Part shown: piece after piece, positions 18,016 through 27,238 of the stretch
Layout of the letters: each line of letters starts with the position of its first letter
Position numbering within the stretch: the first letter of the stretch is position 1
Assembly: GCA_005883085.1 (NCBI GenBank)
Contig: VBAY01000033.1
Location: forward strand, 1-40,833
From: Candidatus Bathyarchaeota archaeon
GTDB lineage: Archaea > Thermoproteota > Bathyarchaeia > 40CM-2-53-6
Direction of reading: 5' to 3'
DNA: 40,833 bases
Made by a program: the position numbers and the translations under genes
Notes under the pieces: model-generated
The model's input: the letters and a program-made list of their open reading frames with translations, nothing else
What the model was told of the DNA's origin: nothing
The model's database searches: none

Positions 18016-18342
18016 AGGGGAAAAGTGTTGTGGGCGTGAGCGATTACCGGAAGGATGTTGCCCTAGGCCACTTGACACTTCCCTCTGCGCATTGGCCATC
18101 GGGCGAAGTAGCATCGCTCTTTCCTTCCGACACGCTTTTGTCCTAGAAAACACTTTCTGGAGTTTGCGGGGCCTTCAACGATAAGGAAGTATCTGGGGGT
18201 AGCCTGCGCCGGCTCAATGTTTCCCCAGGGTTGCCATCAGAACTATACATGTGAGCATGATCGTGAGCATTTGCCGCGCTTATTCACAGCGAACGACTCA
18301 GGCATAGAAAAGTATGATGAGAAGTACGCTGTGAAACTCTTG

Positions 18343-21204
18343 TTAATTGTTCCAGTAGGGCCTAGTTGCGATAAATTGCAGCTTAGCCTCTAGCAGGTCT
18401 CGATAGAATTCATCATCGCTCTCTTGCATCTTCGACAGAACCCTCCCGGCAGTCTGCGGTCCGATCCCATAGACAGACTGGGCGACCACAGCCCTCCTTC
18501 CGTATGCAATGACAAGGTCCGCTGAACGCCGCGTTCTCGTCAGAGTTTTCTGCTCGTTCTCGTCCAGCCACTGCTTGTCTCGTTTCTTGCGGAGAATGCT
18601 CGCAGCGTAGCCACTGGACCAGAAGAGGGGAGCTAGAAGTTTGGAGCCGCATTCTTGGCATAGTGGATGTTCAGGAAGACTAGCGATGATGACTTCTGTG
18701 GTAAGAGCGCCACAGTCGAAGCACAACATGTCGATGGCTCGTCCATCGATCGAAGCTCGCAGTCGAGTCATGTTGTCCATTGCAACATTTTCTGGGGCAA
18801 TCAGCTCGGGGATGTCGACATGTCGGTATAGGATGTGGTAGGCCAGTGGTGTGGGCCTATCTTTGGATCTGAAGAATCTCAGTTCCATTTTTCCTTCTTT
18901 GATTTGCTTGAAGATTCCTTTCGCGCCGTCGAAGTCAGAATGTTCCATCAGCGCTTCTCGGATCGTTTCGTCATAGATGGGAGTGAGTCGAAATCTTAGC
19001 ATCAGTTCCTTCATTGCATCTCCATACATGAGTCGTCCACGGCTTAGTGCTCCGAACCTTTCGGCGACGTGTTTCATGTGGAGTTGCCATGGGAAGTGGC
19101 GATGAAGCACTCCGTGCCATGCCCCGCCCAGTACAGATTCTTCTACCCCGAAGACTTGTTTCAGGAATAGATCCTCTAGATCCAAGTCAGAGGTGTCAGC
19201 TGTCATCTCAAAGAGAATTCGGTAAGGGTCCGACCACCACATTCGGACAAGGCCCTGCCGGCGGAAGAGTTCCTCGATAACTTCTCCGAGGGTGAAGTTG
19301 AGTATGTCTCCGAGATGGGTGTGAAGTATGATGTATCGGTCAAATCCCTCGATGAGGACTCGTTGATCGGTTGGAACGGGTGCTCCAGTGGCTTTGTGGG
19401 TTTTCATTTCTTCAATTAGCCGTCTTATTCCGTAGGAGTCGCAAGGCCAACGTTGGGAGAGGGTCTCAACCGATGTCGTGGTGTTTTCATCAAGTAGTTT
19501 ATCCACGATGGCTCGGTAGGTTCCGACTTTGGTGGCAAGGGCGCGAGGCACGGGAAGTATCTGGCCGTCCCAGCCTGGGATGGCGGCGGTGGGGTCGATG
19601 ATGGGAAGAACGTAGACCTTTCCATCGTCGGTGATCTGTTTGATCTGCCAGACCCGCCCCTTGACTATGAAGTTGAGTCCTACCCGTGCCTTGGTGATAA
19701 TGAATTCTTCCCCGAGAATGCCGACGTTTTGCTGGCTGGTGAGGTCTACAACCAGGTAGCGGCGTTCGTCTGGGATCATGCTCAGGTTTTCGAAATAGTA
19801 GAACCGGGTCCTGGAAGTGCGGTATAGTGCGGAATCATCCTTCTTGAGGTATCCCAACTTGCGCATGAATTCGATGACCTTGTCAAGCGGGCCATCCTCT
19901 AGGTCTTGGTATGGGTGGGCTCTCTTGATGATGTTCTTGGCTTGTGAGATCTCAAGGCTTCCGTCCGAGTCCATCAACACTCCAGCAATCTGATGGGCGA
20001 GCACGTCTAAGGCTCCAAGGTGGATAATAGTGTGCTCTAGTCGCCCCTCTGTTGCGAGCTCGATTACTCCGACAGATTCTAGGATATCTTCTGTAGAGAC
20101 TGAAACTAGAACTCCCTGGGAAGTTCTGGTGAGAGTATGACCTGACCGCCCTACGCGTTGAACGAGACTGTTCACTTGTCTCGGGGACATGTACTGTACG
20201 ACTAGATCAACGGACCCGATGTCTATTCCCAGTTCAAGAGTGGATGTGCACACGAGACCTTTGATTTCTCCGCCCTTGAATGCTTCTTCGGCTCGAACTC
20301 TTTCCTCTCTAGGGAGCGAGCCGTGGTGGACCATTATTTTCCGGTCCATCATGTTGAACTTCGATCCGAGCAGTTCTGCGTTGACCCGGCTGTTAACGAA
20401 GATTAGTGTAGAATCGTGAGCCTCTACCAGATCGTCTACGAGTGTAAGCCGCGCCGCAGCCTCGGGCGTAGTGTATAGTCGTCTGGCGAGGTCTCGATCC
20501 TCCTCACCTGGTGCAGGATACTGCACCTTGTACTTGGTCAGCTTGTTGAGTGGGATCTGTACTGTCTTGACAGGCTGATTGCCTCCGAGGAATAGTGCTA
20601 TCTCCTCGGGGTTGCCGACAGTAGCTGAGAGTCCCACTCTCTGGAAACCGTTAGCGCAGACCTCTCTGAGGCGCTCGAGACCGACGGTCAGTTGGACTCC
20701 TCTACGGTCGCCTGCCAGCTCGTGAATCTCATCGACTACGACAAATTTGACGTGACGAAGATGGTCCCTCATCCGTTTGCCCGGCAATACTGCTTGGAGG
20801 GTTTCCGGTGTTGTGATGAGAAGGTCGGGGGGTTTGATTGCCATCCGTCTTCGATCTTTGGCCGGAGTGTCTCCGTGTCGAACTTCGACCGAGAAGCCGA
20901 GCTTGTTGGACCATGTTTGGAGTCGCTTGAGGAGGTCTCGGTTTAGCGCTCTGAGCGGTGTAATGTAGATGAGTGAGATGCCCTGTCTGTCCGGATTCCG
21001 GATCATTCTATCGATTAGTGGAAGTAGTGCTGCCTCTGTCTTGCCTGAACCTGTGGGGGCGATAATGAGGACATTGTCGCCCTGCGCAATCAGTGGGATG
21101 GCTTCGACTTGTGGTGGGGTGGGTTTTGAGATTCCTGTCGCCTGGAGCAGTCCTTTCAGTGGTGGGGAGAGAAGGGCGAAGGTTTCCGGGGTCATGGACT
21201 CCAC
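18343..21204 (-). CDS. lhr: Lhr-family ATP-dependent SF2 helicase
   Basis: APTGSGKT, TPLRALNRD, DEIH, SAT, HHGSL, TSTLELGIDIG, QRVGRSGH; C-terminal CFDC/CQEC zinc motif. Confidence 0.93.
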   Translation of the reverse strand: MESMTPETFALLSPPLKGLLQATGISKPTPPQVEAIPLIAQGDNVLIIAPTGSGKTEAALLPLIDRMIRNPDRQGISLIYITPLRALNRDLLKRLQTWSNKLGFSVEVRHGDTPAKDRRRMAIKPPDLLITTPETLQAVLPGKRMRDHLRHVKFVVVDEIHELAGDRRGVQLTVGLERLREVCANGFQRVGLSATVGNPEEIALFLGGNQPVKTVQIPLNKLTKYKVQYPAPGEEDRDLARRLYTTPEAAARLTLVDDLVEAHDSTLIFVNSRVNAELLGSKFNMMDRKIMVHHGSLPREERVRAEEAFKGGEIKGLVCTSTLELGIDIGSVDLVVQYMSPRQVNSLVQRVGRSGHTLTRTSQGVLVSVSTEDILESVGVIELATEGRLEHTIIHLGALDVLAHQIAGVLMDSDGSLEISQAKNIIKRAHPYQDLEDGPLDKVIEFMRKLGYLKKDDSALYRTSRTRFYYFENLSMIPDERRYLVVDLTSQQNVGILGEEFIITKARVGLNFIVKGRVWQIKQITDDGKVYVLPIIDPTAAIPGWDGQILPVPRALATKVGTYRAIVDKLLDENTTTSVETLSQRWPCDSYGIRRLIEEMKTHKATGAPVPTDQRVLIEGFDRYIILHTHLGDILNFTLGEVIEELFRRQGLVRMWWSDPYRILFEMTADTSDLDLEDLFLKQVFGVEESVLGGAWHGVLHRHFPWQLHMKHVAERFGALSRGRLMYGDAMKELMLRFRLTPIYDETIREALMEHSDFDGAKGIFKQIKEGKMELRFFRSKDRPTPLAYHILYRHVDIPELIAPENVAMDNMTRLRASIDGRAIDMLCFDCGALTTEVIIASLPEHPLCQECGSKLLAPLFWSSGYAASILRKKRDKQWLDENEQKTLTRTRRSADLVIAYGRRAVVAQSVYGIGPQTAGRVLSKMQESDDEFYRDLLEAKLQFIATRPYWNN

Positions 21205-21276
21205 TAGTAGGTGTGAGGATTGAGGATTCTCGAAGATAAACTTCCTAGGCGACCAAAAGTGTCGTCCTCCGGACTC

Positions 21277-21687
21277 TTATTTCTTCTCGGTTATTTTCTT
21301 CAAAAAGTCCTTGTAGTCGGGGGCTTTCATGAGACCGGGAAGTTCTCTCTTCAGATCTTCTGGCTGAATAATTGTGATCCAGCCATCTCCGTACGGATTC
21401 TTGTTGACCAGTTCGGGGGCATCAGAAAGAGTGTTGTTGACGTCGATAATGGTGCCTGAGATCGGGGAGTAGACGTCAGCGACGGCCTTTACTGATTCGA
21501 CTGTTCCGAGGCTTTGCATATGGGTTACTTTAGCGCCTATTTTTGGAAGGTCGACGTAGACGATTTCGTGCAACGAGTTTTGAGCATAGTCCGTTACTCC
21601 TACTCTACATTTGTCTCCTTCTAGCCTGACCCATTCATGCTCTTTCGTATAGTAGACATCTTCCGGAACCTTGAACTCGCCTTTCAT
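21277..21687 (-). CDS. gcvH: Glycine cleavage system H (lipoyl carrier) protein
   Basis: YTKEHEW, GVTDYAQ, lipoyl-lysine motif VESVKAV, NKNPYGDGW. Confidence 0.95.
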   Translation of the reverse strand: MKGEFKVPEDVYYTKEHEWVRLEGDKCRVGVTDYAQNSLHEIVYVDLPKIGAKVTHMQSLGTVESVKAVADVYSPISGTIIDVNNTLSDAPELVNKNPYGDGWITIIQPEDLKRELPGLMKAPDYKDFLKKITEKK

Positions 21688-21823
21688 CGCAGATCTTCCA
21701 GAGATCTATGGGGCGTTACGATTCGGTATAAAGATTCCAAGAAGGACTCTCTTCGGCTCCCGGTAGTGCTCCATCCGCCGGAATCGATCGAACTAATCTT
21801 GAGATAAGCGCTCTTCTCAGTCC

Positions 21824-22402
21824 TTAGCCTTGTATTCGATTGACCAGTTTTGGGATCTCTGTCCAGCTTTCGACTCTGAATACTTGGCGTAGTTCGGGGA
21901 CGGTTCTGTTCCAGGGTCGGCTGTATAGTATTCCCCACATTTTCGGGTTGCGTGAGATTAGGGGCATCAGTTCTGGAGCGTCGTCGATGTATACGCCGTA
22001 GTTGAGAAAGATCTTGTCTTTCCATCCCGGAACGCGTACGAACCGCTGATACGGTATCTTTTGCTCGGCGAGCCAGCTCTTTGCCGATTTGACGCTTTCT
22101 TTGCTGCGTCCTGTCACAACATCGATTTGTCCCAGGCGGGCGATCTTACGGACTTTTTCTGCCAGCCTAGGCTCCGTGGGCGGGATGCTTTCCCAGTCGT
22201 CCCATGCTTCGTCCAAGAACTGGAAGAACTGTTCTCTGCTAATTCCGAGCTTGCGCCAGGACGCCCAAGTATCGAGATCGGCAAGCGTGAGATTCGTGCC
22301 CAGAAACTCGTTGGCGTGTTTGCACCATGCTTCCATTGTTTCAGCTAGGACCCCGTCGAGATCGACTGCGATTTTCAACCGCTCATATCGATACTCTGGC
22401 AA
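21824..22402 (-). CDS. NT5C-type 5'(3')-nucleotidase, HAD superfamily
   Basis: IAVDLDGVLA, VTGR, YIDD, RPWN...RVESWTEI. Confidence 0.85.
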   Translation of the reverse strand: MPEYRYERLKIAVDLDGVLAETMEAWCKHANEFLGTNLTLADLDTWASWRKLGISREQFFQFLDEAWDDWESIPPTEPRLAEKVRKIARLGQIDVVTGRSKESVKSAKSWLAEQKIPYQRFVRVPGWKDKIFLNYGVYIDDAPELMPLISRNPKMWGILYSRPWNRTVPELRQVFRVESWTEIPKLVNRIQG

Positions 22403-22462
22403 TGTATGATCTCATTGTGTGAGGTGCGAGAGTCTTTAACCTTAGGCGAGATCCGGTTCGAC

Positions 22463-23071
22463 ATGCCGCGAGAGATGACCGTATCAGAGGGAATCAGCTC
22501 TCTTCGGTCTGTCCGGAAGTTCAAGTCTGACCCGATTCCTGAGGACAAGTTGAGGATCATCCTCGAGTCCGCGTCCAAAGCCGCATCCGGTAGCAATACT
22601 CAGCCATGGGAGTTCGTTGTGGTTCGTGATGCGGAGATGAAAGCGCGTCTCAAGGAACCAATGCTGAGAACATGGCTCGAGAGGCTTGCGGGTGGTTCAG
22701 GAATGTCTCAGCGTATGCGTGATGTCTATGATGATGCGACTGAGATGCTTCGGAATACCGAGACGGTGCCCGTGATAATCTATTGTTGCGTTGACCTCGA
22801 TCGTGTTGGGAAGAGTGAGGAGGTCCGGTACGCGAGCATCTATCCAGCAGTCCAGAACCTGATGCTTGCAGCCCATGGCCTAGGTCTCGCAACCTGCCTG
22901 ACTGTTCACGGGTCAACCCTGACTCGTGGAGAACTGGAGGTCAAGAAGCTGCTTGGGATTCCAGAACATGTTAAGATCGCATGCCTAGTCTATCTAGGCT
23001 ATCCAGCTGTCAGACTCGGCCGTCCCAAGAGGAAGCCAATTGAGAAATTCACACACTACGACCACTGGTAA
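22463..23071 (+). CDS. Nitroreductase-family flavoprotein
   Basis: RSVRKF..DPIP, ASGSNTQPWEFVVV, AVQNLMLAAHGLGL, LGYP. Start placed at ATG 22463 (ORF open from 22406). Confidence 0.9.
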   Translation: MPREMTVSEGISSLRSVRKFKSDPIPEDKLRIILESASKAASGSNTQPWEFVVVRDAEMKARLKEPMLRTWLERLAGGSGMSQRMRDVYDDATEMLRNTETVPVIIYCCVDLDRVGKSEEVRYASIYPAVQNLMLAAHGLGLATCLTVHGSTLTRGELEVKKLLGIPEHVKIACLVYLGYPAVRLGRPKRKPIEKFTHYDHW

Positions 23072-23117
23072 ATCGCACCCTCATCGGGTCCTTTCTAGTT
23101 TCTAAGCCCAAAGTAAA

Positions 23118-23136
23118 CCCAGATTTGGAATCTGGG
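23118..23136. terminator. Inverted repeat between convergent genes
   Basis: CCCAGATT-TGG-AATCTGGG perfect 8-bp stem, 46 bp after the nitroreductase stop. Confidence 0.4.
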
Positions 23137-23199
23137 ACACCATCAAATTCTCGCCCCCAAATTGTTCGGCAACTGACCTAAATTACACGTTAGCTTGCT

Positions 23200-23330
23200 T
23201 TGTGATCAAAGCCCGGATCCTGCCCTGAATCGCAAGACTCGCCGATTATCAATGCCAGACAGAAAATTTTCCCATCAAAAAATAGGGGGGGTATTGCACA
23301 GAACACCTCGCGACGCAAGAGTGCCTCTCT
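23200..23330. repeat. Dispersed intergenic element, copy B
   Basis: AAGCCC-N7-GCCCTGAATC block and GGGGGGT-N13-CCTCGCGACGCAAGAGTG (18-mer at 23306-23323), collinear with copy A apart from a 5-bp indel. Confidence 0.8.
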
Positions 23331-23373
23331 GGAAGGATAGGATTGCCCGCGGTCTAACCAGAGAATGAGGCTT

Positions 23374-23754
23374 CTACTGTTCGCTACCCGTTGAGGTCTC
23401 TCGCTTCTCGTCATCCTGGTTGAAGCTGGAACCGAGGTCAGAGAATATCGAACTTGTCTCAGTTGACGAAGACCCGAAAAGGGAACTGTCCGATGGCACC
23501 TGCCAAGACGGCAGTGTTGCGTCTGGACTCGCTGCAGTACTGGTAGTCGGCGTTTTCGCGGCGGGCCTGGGTTTCTTTCCCTCCTTTACGTATACTATTA
23601 CAGTCTTGTATGACTCGTGGCAGCCCTTACATCGTCCAACTTGGACAACTCGTTTGAGCTTGAGAGTATGAGTCTTGCAGCTGGGACAGTCTATGAAATG
23701 GGTTCGTACGACTGGCTCTTCCATATTGATAGTCTTCATCTGCAACACCTGCAA
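23374..23754 (-). CDS. Small zinc-ribbon protein with Ser/Thr-rich acidic disordered tail
   Basis: CPSC...CKGC, then a low-complexity S/T/D/E tail. True start may be an internal Met. Confidence 0.65.
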   Translation of the reverse strand: MQVLQMKTINMEEPVVRTHFIDCPSCKTHTLKLKRVVQVGRCKGCHESYKTVIVYVKEGKKPRPAAKTPTTSTAASPDATLPSWQVPSDSSLFGSSSTETSSIFSDLGSSFNQDDEKRETSTGSEQ

Positions 23755-23975
23755 CCCTGTGACTCACGACATAGCCATTCTGTAACCCGCCCGGAACGCT
23801 AACCGTGACCTCTTCCCGATCGCAAAGACGAACTTCCCTGGGGCCCAGCTATCCCAAGGATGGATTATGATGATGGGAGACAAATGGCTAGTCCCGGATT
23901 TCAACAGCAGCGGTTTTGACACCCTTAAAAGTAACATAGGACATGAAATTTGAATACCAAAGGAAAGGGTCCAAG

Positions 23976-24518
23976 TTGAGCCAGCCGAGCAGCTCGTTTT
24001 ACGACAGGGCCAAATCTCAGACCAATCTGCAAGAGAAAATCATGCTCCTAATTCCGGGGTTTCATGGATACAAGGAGAGAGAGATCCGCCGTGAGTCAGA
24101 CAAGCTTCTCAGAAACCAGATCTACCAGAAACTGTCCAGTGCCGAAGCACAAGCGAAAGACACCTACAGGTCGCTAGTCAACCAAGGCCTCAACGACACA
24201 TGGGACGACACAGATCATCTCATGGCACGGCTCGACAGGGTCGTTGAACGAATCAACCACTCAGAATACGGGTACGCGGGTTTCTTTGATGTCACAAAGG
24301 TCAAAGAACCGGACTTGGACCGAATGATAGACTATGACATGCAACTCCTACGGATGACAGACAGTGTAACAGCCGCTATCCAGGGCCTCAGAGACTCTGT
24401 TGATAGTGGAAATGTTCAAGATGCTAAGGGAAAGATCTCCGAAGCGATGAAAGCTGTTGACGCGCTCGAGACCGCATATAATGGACGCAAGGACGTAATC
24501 CTCGGAGTCCAGCAGTAA
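23976..24518 (+). CDS. Alpha-helical / coiled-coil protein coupled to the SPFH gene
   Basis: Amphipathic helical sequence with IPGFHGYKEREIRRESDKLLR and YGYAGFFD motifs; TAATG overlap with the next gene. TTG 23976 preferred because a TATA-like CTTAAAA lies at ~23924-23930 (ORF open from 23943). Confidence 0.8.
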   Translation: MSQPSSSFYDRAKSQTNLQEKIMLLIPGFHGYKEREIRRESDKLLRNQIYQKLSSAEAQAKDTYRSLVNQGLNDTWDDTDHLMARLDRVVERINHSEYGYAGFFDVTKVKEPDLDRMIDYDMQLLRMTDSVTAAIQGLRDSVDSGNVQDAKGKISEAMKAVDALETAYNGRKDVILGVQQ

Positions 24519-25489
24519 TGCCTCAAGTCATAGAATGGAGAGCAGCAGGCCCAGACGACATCGTCTGGCGGTACCCAGTAGAAGAAATCACCAACGCTGC
24601 ACAGTTAGTCGTTCATGAATATGAGACGGCGGTCTTTCTCAAAGACGGCAAAGCATACGACGTCTTCCCTCCAGGGAGACACACTCTTACAACTCTCAAC
24701 CTGCCTCTCATAACTTCGGCATACCGAATATTTTTCGGCGGCAAGACACCCTTCACAGCCACCGTCATATACGTCTCCACGAAACAGTTCGCCGGCAAGT
24801 GGGGCGCGAAGGCGCAGACTACAGAGCTAGCTCCCTTGATGGTTCATGGAGCCGCATGGTTTAGAGTAACCGACGCCAACTTGTTCGTTAACGAGGTTGT
24901 CGGGGGACAAGGAGCCTATACCACTCAGCAAGTGGACGATTTCATCCGAGGCTTCATCAACGAAAGAGTCATCGATGAAATGTCAAAATACGATCTTCAA
25001 ACCGCATTCACTCAACTCGACAAAGCATCGGTTACAGTGAAAGTCAACATCAACGACGCTCTGAAAAGAATAGGAACCGACCTTGTTGATTTCAAGTTCG
25101 AAGGCATCGATACCTCTGATCAGTTCCGAGATAGACTCTTCTGGATCAAACAGAAAGCAGCCACCTCAGACGTGTTGAGGATGGAGACCGCCAAGGACAT
25201 TGGATCAAGCATCGGCTCGTCTCCAGGCGCGGGCTTCGGAGCAGGAATGGTCCTCATACCCCAAGTGATGAACGCCCAGATGCAGCCATCCGCGCAACCC
25301 CAGGCAGCACTCGTCGCATGCCCCAAGTGCGGAAACGGTGTTCAACAAGGAGCCCGATTCTGCCCCAACTGCGGAGCCACCATGTTCGTACCGCCTCCCG
25401 CACAAGCCATGACGCCTTGTCCCAACTGCGGAAAACCGGTCGCCACGGGGACCAAATTCTGTCCAGAATGCGGGCAAAAAATGCGATAG
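24518..25489 (+). CDS. SPFH/Band-7 domain protein with C-terminal double zinc ribbons (YdjI-like)
   Basis: VIEW...IVWRYP, QLVVHEYETAVF..DGK, FPPGRHTLTTLNLP, KWG; four CPxCG motifs at the C terminus. Confidence 0.88.
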   Translation: MPQVIEWRAAGPDDIVWRYPVEEITNAAQLVVHEYETAVFLKDGKAYDVFPPGRHTLTTLNLPLITSAYRIFFGGKTPFTATVIYVSTKQFAGKWGAKAQTTELAPLMVHGAAWFRVTDANLFVNEVVGGQGAYTTQQVDDFIRGFINERVIDEMSKYDLQTAFTQLDKASVTVKVNINDALKRIGTDLVDFKFEGIDTSDQFRDRLFWIKQKAATSDVLRMETAKDIGSSIGSSPGAGFGAGMVLIPQVMNAQMQPSAQPQAALVACPKCGNGVQQGARFCPNCGATMFVPPPAQAMTPCPNCGKPVATGTKFCPECGQKMR

Positions 25490-25635
25490 GCCACACCGTT
25501 ATAGACTCGCAGTCCAGCCCAGACTCACTTGGCCACAACGTGTTCGCATTACGATACGTTATCTCGTCTCAAGACAAGAGTATAAGAATCGGACAGGCGA
25601 AACAAGGCGGTTCCTGAAAGGTTACCAGAACAGAC

Positions 25636-26214
25636 ATGATAAAGAAGCTGGACGGACAATTCGTTGTTCCAGGAGTAAGACTTGGCGTCGTCGAAGAGTT
25701 CATGCCGGGTCGCGGAACAGTCGAGGTGGAAGGAACAGTCTACTCATCCCAGACCGGAGTAGCCGCAGTCGATTCCAACCGCCACATAGTCTCGGTAAAA
25801 ACCTCGGCAGGACCCCCGATCGTCCCCGAAGAAGGATCCACAATCTTAGGCGTCGTCGAAAAAGTCCAAGAGAAAATGGCCATCATCAACATCATCGTAG
25901 TTGACGGGCACAAGCTGCAACCACCGTTCACGGGCATGCTGCACATCTCCAACTCTAGCCCAAGATTCGAGCGTTTCATGGGCGATGTCTGCAAACCTAA
26001 CGACATTATCCGGGGAAAAGTAATCGATGTGAGCCAGCGGATCCCGAAGCTGACAACCGTCGGACGGGACATGGGCGTGATCAAAGCCTACTGCTCGAGG
26101 TGCGGAGGTGAGCTCGTCCTGTCAGGACGAATTCTCCGTTGTGTGCTGTGCCTAAATGTTGAGAGAAGACGACTGGCAGAAGATTTTGGGGCTGGAGGCA
26201 ACGTGCCAAGTTGA
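25636..26214 (+). CDS. csl4: Exosome RNA-binding protein Csl4
   Basis: VVPGVRLGVVEEFMPGRGT, S1 domain, GVIKAYCSRCG...CVLC..VERRRLA; located upstream of rpoL. Confidence 0.93.
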   Translation: MIKKLDGQFVVPGVRLGVVEEFMPGRGTVEVEGTVYSSQTGVAAVDSNRHIVSVKTSAGPPIVPEEGSTILGVVEKVQEKMAIINIIVVDGHKLQPPFTGMLHISNSSPRFERFMGDVCKPNDIIRGKVIDVSQRIPKLTTVGRDMGVIKAYCSRCGGELVLSGRILRCVLCLNVERRRLAEDFGAGGNVPS

Positions 26215-26504
26215 AGGTTAACGTATTGAAGAAGTCCAAGGGATTCCTCAAGGTTGAGATGGAAGGAGAAGGACACACCTTCGGCCATCTAATGCAGGAC
26301 GCACTTCTTGAAGACAAGACAGTGGATTGGGCAGGCTACGACCTTCCACACCCACTCTTCACCAAACCCGTCATAACCTTGAGAATGAAAGGCGAGTCCT
26401 CCGCTGAGAAAGCTTTAGAGCGAGCCGCGAAAAAGGTCCACTCGGACACCGAGGAATTCATAGAAAAGTTCAGTGCCGCAATAACGGCCGAAGCTGAAAA
26501 CTAG
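26211..26504 (+). CDS. rpoL: DNA-directed RNA polymerase subunit L (Rpo11)
   Basis: EGEGHTFGHL and AGYDLPHPL signatures. Confidence 0.93.
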   Translation: MKVNVLKKSKGFLKVEMEGEGHTFGHLMQDALLEDKTVDWAGYDLPHPLFTKPVITLRMKGESSAEKALERAAKKVHSDTEEFIEKFSAAITAEAEN

Positions 26505-26518
26505 CCGGAGACCGCCCT

Positions 26519-27196
26519 CTGCCATCGAGGGGCATCATCTTCGATTTTGACGGCACACTCTACGGAGACTGGAGACTCTGGATTTCCCTGATCGAAGAGA
26601 CCCTCAGAGAATTCAACCTCACAGTCGCAGGTTACGAAGCTCTCGAGCTGGCCCGAAACCTCATCAGAGGTGGGCAAGCACGAGAGACCCTGAAGATAAG
26701 CGGACTGGCCGTCTCACTCGCCCGAGAACAAGGACTCGACCGCGACGAGGAGGTTCGCGCTAGATTCTTCGAGAAACTAGACGCCAAAATGGATGGGACG
26801 GGACCTGGAAAAGATCTAGTCGGACTCTTGGAACAACTTCGTCAGAAAGGGTTCATCATGGGCTTAGTGACTTTCGTACGAAAAACACGGCTTACCAAAC
26901 GTTTGGACACGTGGAAACTAGGAGACTACTTCAGTTGCGCGGTTACCCCAGAGCAAGTTGCGGAATTCAAACCATCACCGCAACCCTACCTAAAAGCGAT
27001 CGAGGAGTTCCACCTCAAGCCAAGAGACTGTTTTGTCATCGGAGATGAGCCCGTGGACATGATGGGCGGAAAACGGGCGGGGACAAAAACGATAGGAATG
27101 CCCCAGGGATTCTATTCACGAGAAGAATTAGAAGAGGCAGGCGCCGAGTCGATAATAACCTCACTAAACGAGTTACCACCCCTCCTCTTCAAATGA
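26519..27196 (+). CDS. HAD-superfamily hydrolase (phosphoglycolate phosphatase-like), predicted CTG start
   Basis: The frame is open upstream of the ORF-track ATG (26789) and contains HAD motif I (IIFDFDGTL, 26534 onward); KPSP and IGD motifs follow. No ATG/GTG/TTG lies between the in-frame TGA at 26495 and motif I. Confidence 0.85.
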   Translation: MPSRGIIFDFDGTLYGDWRLWISLIEETLREFNLTVAGYEALELARNLIRGGQARETLKISGLAVSLAREQGLDRDEEVRARFFEKLDAKMDGTGPGKDLVGLLEQLRQKGFIMGLVTFVRKTRLTKRLDTWKLGDYFSCAVTPEQVAEFKPSPQPYLKAIEEFHLKPRDCFVIGDEPVDMMGGKRAGTKTIGMPQGFYSREELEEAGAESIITSLNELPPLLFK

Positions 27197-27238
27197 GCAC
27201 CTTCAATAGCCCATGAAATATTGTCAGCGTGATCACAG

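Noticed and set aside
18241..18342. ATGATGA C-box-like motif and a GTGAGCAT direct repeat
   Set aside because: No correctly spaced CTGA D box, and the 8-bp repeat is within chance expectation.
21688..21823. Possible glycine or fluoride riboswitch upstream of gcvH (GCCGAAG, GGCGGATGGAG)
   Set aside because: The remaining consensus elements are missing, and a TATA-like CTTTATA lies between these motifs and the gene.
23072..23975. Replication origin, suggested by G-strings and a switch in predominant gene orientation
   Set aside because: No cdc6/orc1 gene, no repeated ORB consensus and no clear AT-rich unwinding element. A skew analysis would be needed.
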